A DNA stretch of 64,000 nucleotides, from contig JBCCEW010000004.1 of NCBI GenBank assembly GCA_039030075.1, forward strand, positions 25,826-89,825, in the 5' to 3' direction. This DNA is from Myxococcota bacterium (GTDB lineage Bacteria; Myxococcota_A; UBA9160; SMWR01). Position 1 is the stretch's first letter, and every line of letters starts with the position of its first letter. This document shows positions 54,297 through 62,940 of this stretch, in pieces. Made by a program: the position numbers and the translations under genes. The notes under the pieces are model-generated. The model was not told where the DNA came from. It worked only from the letters and a program-made list of their open reading frames with translations, and ran no database searches.

Positions 54297-55229
54297 ATGA
54301 CACTCGAAGACATCGATCGCAGCGAACCCGTCTCGCTGATCGAGGCGGACGCCACGCCCTACTCTCTGGGCGCCGTCGTGCGCCTCACGGGCCTGACCGC
54401 CCACACCCTCCGCGCCTGGGAGCGCCGCTACGGCGCCGTCGCTCCGGCGCGCACACCGCGCGGCACGCGCCGCTACAGCCGCGAGGAAGTGTCACGGCTG
54501 CGCTTGCTGCGTTCGGCGGTCGACGCAGGACATCGCATCAGCGACATCGCACAGCTGAGCGATGACGACCTCGAGCTGCACCTGCAGCCGATCGCGCGTG
54601 CGCCGGTCGACACGCTGAGCGGCGCACTCGAAGCGCTCGAGGCGCTGGACGCGCCGGGGATCGAACAGCTCCTCACCGACCAGCTCGATCTGCTCGGGCC
54701 CAGTCGCTGCGTCCGTCGCGTGATCCTGCCGTTGATGCGCGAAGTCGGTGACCGCTGGGCCCGCGGCGAAGGATCGGTCGAAGCCGAGCACCTGCTGAGC
54801 AGCACCACCCGCGCGCTGCTGGGCGTGGTACTCCGCAACACGCCGCGCCTTCCGCAGGCCCCTCAGCTCCTGTTCTCCACTCCGGAAGGAGAACCCCACG
54901 AGTTCGGATCGCTGTGTGCCGCGGTGATCGCCGCCGGCGCCGGCGCCGCCGTGACCTACCTCGGCCCCAATCTCCCGGTCTCTGCGGTGATCGGCGCGAC
55001 GCGAAAGTCGAACCCGATCGCCGTGGCACTCGGCGTTGTCACCCTCGACCCGCGCCGGGCGCGGGCCTATCTGCGCGAGTTGCGGGCTTCCCTACCCGAT
55101 GAAACCGGGCTCTGGGTCGGCGGCGCTGCGCTCGCCGAGCCGTTGGCCGGCATCGAGGCACTGGACATCGACACGCTCGAGCGGCGCGTGGCGCGCGCGG
55201 CCCGAAGCGCGCTCGCGCCCAGCCGCTGA
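54297..55229 (+). CDS. MerR-family regulator with C-terminal B12-binding domain (CarH/LitR-like light-responsive repressor)
   Basis: MerR HTH (YSLGAVVRLTGLTAHTLRAWERRYG); C-terminal Rossmann-like B12-binding domain with E-P-H-E-F-G (ExHxxG cobalamin lower-ligand motif) ...AAVIAAGAGAAVTYLGPNLP... Confidence 0.7.
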   Translation: MTLEDIDRSEPVSLIEADATPYSLGAVVRLTGLTAHTLRAWERRYGAVAPARTPRGTRRYSREEVSRLRLLRSAVDAGHRISDIAQLSDDDLELHLQPIARAPVDTLSGALEALEALDAPGIEQLLTDQLDLLGPSRCVRRVILPLMREVGDRWARGEGSVEAEHLLSSTTRALLGVVLRNTPRLPQAPQLLFSTPEGEPHEFGSLCAAVIAAGAGAAVTYLGPNLPVSAVIGATRKSNPIAVALGVVTLDPRRARAYLRELRASLPDETGLWVGGAALAEPLAGIEALDIDTLERRVARAARSALAPSR

Positions 55230-55242
55230 CCCGCTACGGCGA

Positions 55243-55839
55243 TTACTGCTGGGCCGCCCCCAGCCCCCCGCCCTCGTCGTTCATGTAGATCGACTTGCGC
55301 GGCGCGGCGAGGAGCTTGCGCACCATCGGCTCGAAGTGCTCGAGCGGAAGAGTCTCGTATTCGGGATCGAAGCTGTTCTGGTCGTACTTCTGACAGAACG
55401 CGGCGCACTCGCGGAACAGCGGGTGGTCCCGGAATGCGTCCCGCGCGTTTCGGTCGAGACCCAGGTGGTGGAAGAAGTAGTACCCCTGGAAGATGGCGTG
55501 GTGCTTCACGATCCAGTGGTTCTCGTCGGAGACGAAGGGCTCGAGGATCGTCGCCGCAAGATCGGCGTGGTTGGCGGTGGCGAGGGTGTCCCCGATGTCG
55601 TGGAGCAGCGCACACACCACGTACTCGTCGTCACGTCCGTCGCGCTCCGCGCGGGTGGCGGTTTGCAGGCTGTGGGTGAGCCGACTCACGGCATAGCCAC
55701 CGGAATCGCCGTCGAGGATCTGGAGATGCCGGAGCACCCGGTCGGGAAGTCCCTGGAAGAAGTCGAGGCTGTGCTTCCCGATGACCTGGTAGTCCTCGCG
55801 GGTCGCGTCCTGCATCCGCGTGAAGGTGGTGTCCGGCAT
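55243..55839 (-). CDS. HD-domain metal-dependent phosphohydrolase/oxygenase-like protein
   Basis: H..H...ALLHDIGD metal-binding motif; start refined to MPDTTFTRMQ after GGAGGAA RBS. Confidence 0.65.
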   Translation of the reverse strand: MPDTTFTRMQDATREDYQVIGKHSLDFFQGLPDRVLRHLQILDGDSGGYAVSRLTHSLQTATRAERDGRDDEYVVCALLHDIGDTLATANHADLAATILEPFVSDENHWIVKHHAIFQGYYFFHHLGLDRNARDAFRDHPLFRECAAFCQKYDQNSFDPEYETLPLEHFEPMVRKLLAAPRKSIYMNDEGGGLGAAQQ

Positions 55840-55961
55840 GGTTCCTCCGATCGGCGCGTGGGCTTGGCGCGTTCTGGAAGGCTGCCACAGGCACCGAGGG
55901 GCCGCTCGGCTCGGTTCGGCCATCCGGGGGCCGCGGACGCCGTCCAGGGCCCAGCTAAGCT

Positions 55962-56300
55962 GTGCGGGTGAACGAGCCCTCTGAAGAGCAACCCGGGCCC
56001 GAGGCCAGCGGCGCACCCGACTGGCTGCTGACCTTCTTTCGCGACTCCAGCCTCTGGCCCGTCACCTTCGCCGCCATCGCCATCTTCGTGGTGTTCGGCG
56101 CGTCGGGCCTGTTGCTGGCGGTGGTCGAGCGAAACTTCTTCGCGGTGGCGGCGATCCTGATCGCCTTCTGGATCGGCGTCGACATCGCGGTCCGGGAGTG
56201 GCGCCAGCACGGCTTAGGCCTGGCCACGGGCCTGGTGGTGGGCTTCTGGACGCTCTCGGCGGCCGCGGCGGTGACCGTGCGCACGCTGGGCTGGTACTGA
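55962..56300 (+). CDS. small hypothetical membrane protein
   Basis: 112 aa, three hydrophobic helices; GTG start. Confidence 0.4.
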   Translation: MRVNEPSEEQPGPEASGAPDWLLTFFRDSSLWPVTFAAIAIFVVFGASGLLLAVVERNFFAVAAILIAFWIGVDIAVREWRQHGLGLATGLVVGFWTLSAAAAVTVRTLGWY

Positions 56301-56346
56301 AGTGACGGCGCAGCGCACGCGGCATCCGAGGGCGCGGGGAGGACGC

Positions 56347-57786
56347 ATGCGACCCAATCGACGCCTGGTCGTGGGGCTGCTCGGCGCAGCCCTGCTCGCC
56401 CTGGGCTGCACCACCAGCCTGAAGCCCGGCCCGAATCTCGGCACGATCTACGACCGCGCCGCTCGCTTCGGCGACCTGTACCGGAACCCGATCATCGTCA
56501 TGCCGGGCGTACTCGGAACCGTGCTGCGCGACGCCGAGAGCCAGCGGGTGGTGTGGGGCAGCTTCGCGGGCACCTACGCGAATCCCGATTTCGGTCCCGA
56601 CGCGCGCCTGGTCGCCCTCCCGATGGCCGAGGGTCAGGCGCTCTCGACGCTGACCGACGAGGTCCAACCGGACGGCGTTCTCGAGAGTGTCACCGTGAGC
56701 CTGCTGGGGCTGCCGGTGGAACAACACGCGTACATCTCGATCCTGCGCACCTTGGGAGCGGGTGGCTACCGGGACCAGCAGCTCGCCGAAGCCGGCGCCA
56801 TCGACTACGGCACCGATCACTTCACCTGCTTCCAGTTCGCCTACGACTGGCGACGCGACAACATCGAGAACGCCCAGCGTCTCCACGCCTTCATCCTGGA
56901 GAAGAAGGCCTTCGTGGAAGCGCGCCTCAAGGAAATCTACGGCGTGGAGCGCGACGTGCGCTTCGACATCGTCGCGCATTCGATGGGGGGCCTGCTGAGC
57001 CGGTACTACCTCCGCTACGGAGCCCGCGATCTCCCCGCCGACGGGAGCGCTCCCGAGATTACCTGGGCCGGTACCGAACACGTCGAACGCTTGATCATGG
57101 TCGGGACGCCGAACGCGGGGTCGCTCGACGGGCTCTCGAACCTCGTCGACGGCACCCAACTCGCCTTCTTCCTGCCGCACTACGTCCCGCCCATCCTCGG
57201 GACCATGCCGGCCATCTATCAGCTGCTGCCGCGCAACCGGCACAAGGCCGTCGTCGACGCATCGGGTCGGGGTGTCGACCTCTTCGATCCGACGACCTGG
57301 GAGCGCTACGACTGGGGCTTGATGGCCGAAGAGGCGGATGCGACGCTTCAGGTGCTGCTGCCCGATGAGAGCAGCAAAGAGGCGCGGAGACGCGTCGCGC
57401 GCGAGCACCTCGCCAAGTCGTTGCGGCGTGCGCAGCGATTCCATGCAGCCCTCGACCGACCGGCAGCGCCCCCCGCCCACACCTCCCTCCACCTCTTCTC
57501 GGGAGATGCCGTCCAGACTGCGGCGCGCATGCAGGTCGACGCAGAGGGTGCGCTCACGCTGGTCGAATCCGACGCCGGCGATTCGCGGGTGCTGCGCACC
57601 AGCGCGGTGATGGACGAGCGCGTGGGCCGTGATCGTTGGGAGCCGGGTCTGGAGACACCGATCGCCTGGAGCGACGTGAACTTCGTGTTCAGCGACCATC
57701 TCGCGATGACGCGCGACCCGTCGTTCAGCGACAACCTGCTCTGGCGCCTACTCGACGCCCCGAAGCGCGAGCCCAACGCGCCCTAG
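56347..57786 (+). CDS. secreted LCAT/PGAP1-like alpha/beta-hydrolase (lipase/acyltransferase family)
   Basis: Lipoprotein-type signal (LLALGCTTS), PIIVMPGVLGT, AHSMGGLL nucleophile elbow. Confidence 0.7.
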   Translation: MRPNRRLVVGLLGAALLALGCTTSLKPGPNLGTIYDRAARFGDLYRNPIIVMPGVLGTVLRDAESQRVVWGSFAGTYANPDFGPDARLVALPMAEGQALSTLTDEVQPDGVLESVTVSLLGLPVEQHAYISILRTLGAGGYRDQQLAEAGAIDYGTDHFTCFQFAYDWRRDNIENAQRLHAFILEKKAFVEARLKEIYGVERDVRFDIVAHSMGGLLSRYYLRYGARDLPADGSAPEITWAGTEHVERLIMVGTPNAGSLDGLSNLVDGTQLAFFLPHYVPPILGTMPAIYQLLPRNRHKAVVDASGRGVDLFDPTTWERYDWGLMAEEADATLQVLLPDESSKEARRRVAREHLAKSLRRAQRFHAALDRPAAPPAHTSLHLFSGDAVQTAARMQVDAEGALTLVESDAGDSRVLRTSAVMDERVGRDRWEPGLETPIAWSDVNFVFSDHLAMTRDPSFSDNLLWRLLDAPKREPNAP

Positions 57787-57797
57787 CGCCGCACCGC

Positions 57798-58148
57798 TCA
57801 GCGGTCCGTGTCGCGCGCCAACAGGATCGCGCCCACCATCTCTTCGGGCATCGCAGCAGGCAACGTGTCGTCGTCTTCGCAAAGACGCTGGCCGAGCTCG
57901 ATGGCGCGCAGGTAGTCCTGGAAGGCCACCTGGCACATCGGACACAGGGTCATGTGGATGTCGAAGCGAGATCGCACCGAGCTCGGCAAGTGGCCCTCGT
58001 AGTAGTCGTGCATGAACGACTCGAACGCTTCACAGGTCAGCATCCCGGGGACGCGGCGAAGCATCCACGAGCCGATCCGGCGCTTCCACGGCGGAGGCGG
58101 ACCGCCGCCCTTCGCGCGCATCAGGAGTCTGGAGAGGAGCGACCACAT
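57798..58148 (-). CDS. zinc-finger (ZAS, HxxxCxxC) anti-sigma factor
   Basis: 116 aa; H...C..C in ...RFDIHMTLCPMCQVAF...; start overlaps the sigma stop as TGATG. Confidence 0.7.
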   Translation of the reverse strand: MWSLLSRLLMRAKGGGPPPPWKRRIGSWMLRRVPGMLTCEAFESFMHDYYEGHLPSSVRSRFDIHMTLCPMCQVAFQDYLRAIELGQRLCEDDDTLPAAMPEEMVGAILLARDTDR

Positions 58149-58780
58149 CAGTCGGCGTCCTCCGCGAAGAGTGGCGCGAGGAGCGTGCGCAAGGCGGATC
58201 GCGCTCGGTGGAGACGCATCTTGATGCTCCCGCGGCTGGTTCCGAGCAACTCGGCGGTCTCTTCGGTAGAGAAGCCGTCGATGTCGCGCAGGAAGAGCAC
58301 GGTGCGGTGGCTCTCGGGCAGGCGCTCGATCGCTTCGCGCACGTGCTTCGCGGTATCGGCGCGGCGGTAGAGCTCCTCGGGGGTGAGATCGTTCGTGTGA
58401 ACCGGACCTTCCCGAAACCCGTAGCGGTCGTAGCGAGGGAGCCAGTCTTCGAGCAGCTCTTCGGGCTTCGCCCGGCGGGAGCGAAGCCGCATCAGCGCGG
58501 CGTTGACGACGATCCGATGGAGCCAGGTCCCGAGGAGCGCGCGCCCTTCGAACCGCCCGATCGATCGATGGGCCGCGAGAAACGCCTCTTGCACGCACTC
58601 GCGCGCGTCATCCTCGTTCTGGAGGTAGCGCTGGGCCACCGAGAGCATGCGCGGGCCCTGGGCGCGGACCAGCTCTTCGAAAGCGGCGGCATCCCCCTCT
58701 CGTAGGCGCGCGACCAGCGCCGACTCGGTCGCCGGGCCGCTCGGGCCAGGAGGATCTTTCGGGTCGCGCGCGTCGCCCAT
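58148..58780 (-). CDS. ECF (sigma-24/sigma-E-like) RNA polymerase sigma factor
   Basis: Region 2 (FEELVRAQGPRMLSVAQRYLQNEDDARECVQEAFLAAHRS) and region 4 (LPESHRTVLFLRDIDGFSTEETAELLGTSRGSIKMRLHRAR). Confidence 0.85.
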   Translation of the reverse strand: MGDARDPKDPPGPSGPATESALVARLREGDAAAFEELVRAQGPRMLSVAQRYLQNEDDARECVQEAFLAAHRSIGRFEGRALLGTWLHRIVVNAALMRLRSRRAKPEELLEDWLPRYDRYGFREGPVHTNDLTPEELYRRADTAKHVREAIERLPESHRTVLFLRDIDGFSTEETAELLGTSRGSIKMRLHRARSALRTLLAPLFAEDAD

Positions 58781-58967
58781 GGGCTCGGGCGCATCCTATC
58801 ACGCGCGCTGGCGTGACCTCTGATGGTCCCCTGCATCTCGGAAGACGAGCCCCAGCGAAGCGGGGGCGGGGAGGTTCCATGCGAAGGAATATCGAGATGC
58901 GCGGCAGCCCAGCACGCCGTTCGCGGCAGCCCGCCCAAACCGGATTGACCTGGCCGCCGAGGCACCG

Positions 58968-60329
58968 ATGAGCGAGGGCCATTGGCTATGGGCCGTGGCG
59001 CTCGGCGCCCTGAGCGCCGCGGCGCTGCCGCTCGGCGCCTGGTTCGGCCTGACCCTGCGGCTTCCGCCCGCGGCCACTGCCGTGTTCGCGTCCTTCGGCG
59101 CCGGTGCCCTGATCGCAGCGCTGAGTCTCGAACTGGTCGCCCCGACCGTGGCCGAGCTCGGACACGACGCCCATGGCGCCGGCGTCTTGGTGACGCTGCT
59201 CGTGGCCTCGGGGATCGGCGGCGTGCTCTTCACCCTCCTCGACCGGATGCTCGCGAGTCGCGGCGGTTTCCTGCGCAAGGTCTCGACGACGATGATGCAC
59301 TTCGCGGCCCTCGACCGCGAGCGCGATGCGACCCGTGTGCGAGAGCTGTGCGCCATCCCGCTCTTGTGGACGCTCCCTGAACGCGAGGTCTCGAAGGCCG
59401 TCCACGATGTCGCCGAGCTGACCTATGCGCCGTCGGAGGTGCTCTTCGCCGAAGGCGACGCCGGTGACCACATCGCCATCGTGCGCTCCGGAGAGGTCCG
59501 GCTCTGGCGCGCGGGCGGGAGCATCGGGACCGTGGGGCCGGGCGCGATCCTCGGCGAGCTCGCCGTACTCACCGAGGGGCCGCACAGCCTCTCCGCCACC
59601 GCCGTCGATGAAGTCGAGGTCCTGACGATCCCCCGCGCCGCGATCGAGGCGTGGCGCACGCGCCATCCCGCCTTCGACGCAGCGCTCCGGGAGATCGGGT
59701 CCGAGCACCTCCGCGACGTGCGTCAGCGCGACGCGATTCGCAGTCGAGAAGAAGAGGACTGGGCGATGCGTGCGATCGATGCGCTCGCGACCGGGGGCCG
59801 GGTACCGACTCCCACCGAGTGGCGACGCGAGGCCGAGAACCACACAGGCTCGGGCCTGGCGGTGTGGTTGGGGTTGCTGATCGATGGAATCCCCGAGAGC
59901 TTCGTGATCGGTGCCGGCCTCCTGGGTCTGGTCTCGGCCGAGCTCGCGGCGAACGGAAGTGTGGCGTTCGCGAACGTGATTCCGTTCACGCTGGTCGGGG
60001 GTCTGTTCCTCGCGAACTTCCCCGAGGCCTTGTCGAGCTCGGTGGCCATGCGCGACCAGGGGTTCTCCCCCACGCGCATTCATCTCTTGTGGGGCAGTCT
60101 CGTTGCCGTCACCGCCGTCGGCGCGGGCTTCGGCTACGTGCTCGGCGCGTCCACGACGCATGCCACCCTCGTCGCGGTGGAGGGAATCGCCGCCGGCGCG
60201 ATGCTGGCTTCCATCGCATCGACGATGATCCCCGAGGCCGTCCACCTCGCGGGCTCGGGCCGGCTGGTCGGGCTCTCGACCCTCGCCGGTTTCCTCGCAG
60301 CCGTCGCCTTCAAGCTACTCGAACACTGA
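58968..60329 (+). CDS. ZIP-fold (ZupT-like) membrane transporter with cyclic-nucleotide-binding (CAP-type) domain inserted in the TM3-TM4 cytoplasmic loop
   Basis: Three N-terminal TM helices, then cNMP-binding fold (...LFAEGDAGDHIAIVRSGEVRL...GAILGELAVLTEGPHSLSATAV...), then ZIP TM4-TM8 with LLIDGIPESFVIGAGL and LANFPEALSSSVAM (ZIP HNxPEG-like motifs with His replaced by Asp/Ala). Confidence 0.7.
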   Translation: MSEGHWLWAVALGALSAAALPLGAWFGLTLRLPPAATAVFASFGAGALIAALSLELVAPTVAELGHDAHGAGVLVTLLVASGIGGVLFTLLDRMLASRGGFLRKVSTTMMHFAALDRERDATRVRELCAIPLLWTLPEREVSKAVHDVAELTYAPSEVLFAEGDAGDHIAIVRSGEVRLWRAGGSIGTVGPGAILGELAVLTEGPHSLSATAVDEVEVLTIPRAAIEAWRTRHPAFDAALREIGSEHLRDVRQRDAIRSREEEDWAMRAIDALATGGRVPTPTEWRREAENHTGSGLAVWLGLLIDGIPESFVIGAGLLGLVSAELAANGSVAFANVIPFTLVGGLFLANFPEALSSSVAMRDQGFSPTRIHLLWGSLVAVTAVGAGFGYVLGASTTHATLVAVEGIAAGAMLASIASTMIPEAVHLAGSGRLVGLSTLAGFLAAVAFKLLEH

Positions 60330-60337
60330 GGAGCCCC

Positions 60338-61096
60338 ATGCTCGCCGTCGCGACCCTGCTCGTCGTGCTGTTGCTCTCGGTCCTGGTCACGCGCATCGCC
60401 AGCGTGGCGCTGGTGCATACCGGCCTCGGCGAAGAAGCAGCGCGCTTCCAGGCGCGCTCGGCCTTCACCGGAACCGGCTTCACGACGGCCGAGACAGAGG
60501 CGATCGTTTCGCATCCGCTGCGTCGTCGCATCGTCGGACACCTCATGCTCGCGGGAAACGTCGGCATCGTGACCGCCGTGTCGTCGCTGCTCGTCTCGAT
60601 GTGGAGCTTCGAAGCCGGCGGTTGGCAGCGTCCCGCTGCGCTCGCGGTGGGGCTTCTGGCGCTATGCGGGTTCGCGACGAGTCGCTGGGTCGATGGCTGG
60701 CTCTGCGCCGCGATCCGCTGGGGTCTGATGCGCTTCTCCGACATCGACCTCCGCGACTACGCGCGCGTCCTCCACCTGCGCGACGACTACAGCATCCACG
60801 AGCTTCGGATCACCTCCGACGACTGGATCTGCGAGCGCACCCTCGGCGAACTGAAGCTGGAGGACGAGGGCGTCCGCGTGCTAGCCGTCGCCTGTCCGGG
60901 CGGAGGGTTCTTGGGGGCGCCACCGTCGGACACGGAGCTGCAAGCGGGAGATCAGCTCGTGATCTACGGACGCGCGTCGCGCATCGCCGAGCTCGAGCAG
61001 CGGCCTGTCGGCGCTTCCGGGGACGAGCGCCACGCCGCCGCCCGCCGCGAGCAGGACGAGCGCACCGCCATGGAGCGGGAGCGCGCGGGGCGCTAG
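60338..61096 (+). CDS. membrane protein with C-terminal TrkA-C/RCK_C regulatory domain
   Basis: Three to four N-terminal TM helices; C-terminal ...ELRITSDDWICERTLGELKLEDEGVRVLAVACPGGGFLGAPPSDTELQAGDQLVIYG... (RCK_C); RBS GAGGAG; 8 nt after the ZIP gene. Confidence 0.65.
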   Translation: MLAVATLLVVLLLSVLVTRIASVALVHTGLGEEAARFQARSAFTGTGFTTAETEAIVSHPLRRRIVGHLMLAGNVGIVTAVSSLLVSMWSFEAGGWQRPAALAVGLLALCGFATSRWVDGWLCAAIRWGLMRFSDIDLRDYARVLHLRDDYSIHELRITSDDWICERTLGELKLEDEGVRVLAVACPGGGFLGAPPSDTELQAGDQLVIYGRASRIAELEQRPVGASGDERHAAARREQDERTAMERERAGR

Positions 61097-61136
61097 GGTC
61101 GCCGCGCGGCTGCGAGCCGCACGAGGGAGGCTGCCC

Positions 61137-61439
61137 ATGTATATCGCCATGAATCGATTCCGGATCGCGCGCGGCGCGGAAGAGACCTTCGAGAAGCTCT
61201 GGCGCGAACGCGAGTCTCACCTCGATGGCGTGCCGGGGTTCCAGGAGTTCCACCTGCTGCGCGGCGAGAGCGACGACGACGCGACCCTCTATGCGTCCCA
61301 CAGTCTCTGGAAGGACGAGTCAGCGTTTCGCGCCTGGACCGAGTCGGAGAGTTTCAAGCAGGCGCACGCCCAGGCGCGCGCTCCCCAGGGCACCTACCTC
61401 GAGCATCCGAAGTTCGAGGGCTTCGAGGTGATCCTCTAG
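61137..61439 (+). CDS. antibiotic biosynthesis monooxygenase (ABM) family protein
   Basis: 100 aa ferredoxin-like ABM fold (MYIAMNRFRIARGAEETFEKLWRERESHLDGVPGFQEFHLLRG...). Confidence 0.75.
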   Translation: MYIAMNRFRIARGAEETFEKLWRERESHLDGVPGFQEFHLLRGESDDDATLYASHSLWKDESAFRAWTESESFKQAHAQARAPQGTYLEHPKFEGFEVIL

Positions 61440-61898
61440 GAGCCCGAGGGCGACGACTTCGGAATGCCCTCGATCCGGTCGCCCGGGAAGACGGCATGAT
61501 CCCGAAACCAGTCGCGGCGCATCTCGAGCGCGTAGCGCGCCGGGTAGCGACTGCTGACCGGCGTTTCGACGTGGGGTTCGAGGTCGGCGATGTGGACGAT
61601 GCGACCGGCGGCGTCCGCATACGCGATCGTGAGTGGCAACGGTGTGTTGCGCATCCAGAAGCCGCGCACCCGATCGTCCTGGAAGACGAAGAGCATGCCG
61701 TGATCCGTGGGCAGGCTCTCGCGGAACATCAGGCCGCGGTTGCGCTCAGCCGGCGTTCGGGCGATCTCGGCGCTGATGCGGTGGGTTCCGATCCGCAGCC
61801 ACTCGACGGGCAGCTCCGAGCCGTCGATGGGCGGCGGCGCGCCGTTGCCACAGGCGGCGACGAGCGCGAACACGAGAACCAGGGCGCAATGACGCATC
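61436..61898 (-). CDS. DUF192 domain-containing secreted protein
   Basis: Signal peptide MRHCALVLVFALVAACG; ...RNRGLMFRESLPTDHGMLFVF...PLTIAYADAAGRIV... DUF192 pattern; start +/-1 nt. Confidence 0.6.
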
Positions 61899-61971
61899 GC
61901 GCGAGAGCATACCCGCCCCCTGGCGCGGCGCGCCGAAGCGCGATTCCCTGGGCCCACATGCAGGACGCCCA

Positions 61972-62925
61972 ATGCTCGCCCTGACCCTCGACGGCAACAC
62001 CACGCGCGTCGAGGAGCGACCGCCGCCCGAACCCGGGGAAGGCGAAGCCCTGGTGCGGGTGGCGTGGGCCGGCGTCTGCAACACCGACCTCGAGTTGGCC
62101 CGCGGCTACATGGGGTTTCAGGGCGTGCTCGGCCACGAGTTCGTCGGGCAGGTCGAAGCGGGCCCCGACGGCTGGCGTGGCCGTCGCGTCGTCGGCGAGA
62201 TCAACTTCGCGTGCGGTCGCTGCGACGCCTGCGCGCGCGGGCTCGGACGCCACTGCCCCACCCGACGGGTGATGGGAATCCAGGACGCGGACGGGGCGCT
62301 GGCCGAGTACGTCGCCGTTCCCGTCGCCAATCTCCATGCGGTGCCCGACACGGTGAGCGACACCCAGGCGGTGTTCACCGAGCCGCTGGCCGCCGCCTTC
62401 GAGATCCTGGAGCAGGTGACGGTCGAACCCGGCGCGAGCTGCGTGGTGCTGGGCGACGGGAAGCTCGGCCTCCTGGTGGCCCAGGTGCTGGCGTCGGCGG
62501 GCGCCGACGTACTCGCCGTGGGCCATCACCCGGAGAAGCTCGCGCTCCTCGAAGCCCGCGGGATCCGAAGCCGGCTGGCGCGCGACTGGTCCCCCGAACC
62601 CACCGACCTCGTCGTAGAAGCGACGGGCAGCGCGGCGGGCTTCCGCGCGGCGATCGCGGCGACCCGACCGCGCGGGACCCTGGTGCTGAAGAGCACCGTG
62701 GCCGACGAGATCGCCACCGACCTCGCGCCCCTCGTGATTCACGAGATCCAGGTGGTGGGATCGCGTTGCGGGCCATTCGCGCCCGCACTCGAGGCCCTGC
62801 GCGACGGGCGCGTCGACGTCGAGCCCCTGATCCACGCGCGACTCCCGCTCGCGCGAGCGAACGAAGCCCTGGCGCGCGCGGCAGAGCGCGACGTCCTCAA
62901 GGTCCTCGTCGAAGTCGCCGGCTGA
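61972..62925 (+). CDS. zinc-binding medium-chain dehydrogenase/reductase (MDR) family alcohol dehydrogenase
   Basis: GVCNTDLELARG...GHEFVG (catalytic Zn site), structural Zn CGRCDACARGLGRHC, Rossmann VLGDGKLGLLVAQV. Confidence 0.8.
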   Translation: MLALTLDGNTTRVEERPPPEPGEGEALVRVAWAGVCNTDLELARGYMGFQGVLGHEFVGQVEAGPDGWRGRRVVGEINFACGRCDACARGLGRHCPTRRVMGIQDADGALAEYVAVPVANLHAVPDTVSDTQAVFTEPLAAAFEILEQVTVEPGASCVVLGDGKLGLLVAQVLASAGADVLAVGHHPEKLALLEARGIRSRLARDWSPEPTDLVVEATGSAAGFRAAIAATRPRGTLVLKSTVADEIATDLAPLVIHEIQVVGSRCGPFAPALEALRDGRVDVEPLIHARLPLARANEALARAAERDVLKVLVEVAG

Positions 62926-62940
62926 GCCGACGCAACGCCG

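Noticed and set aside
56062-57699. 545-aa minus-strand ORF
   Set aside because: Antisense to the LCAT-like lipase gene; Arg/Gly-rich nonsense
58986-60245. 419-aa minus-strand ORF
   Set aside because: Antisense to the ZIP-cNMP transporter gene
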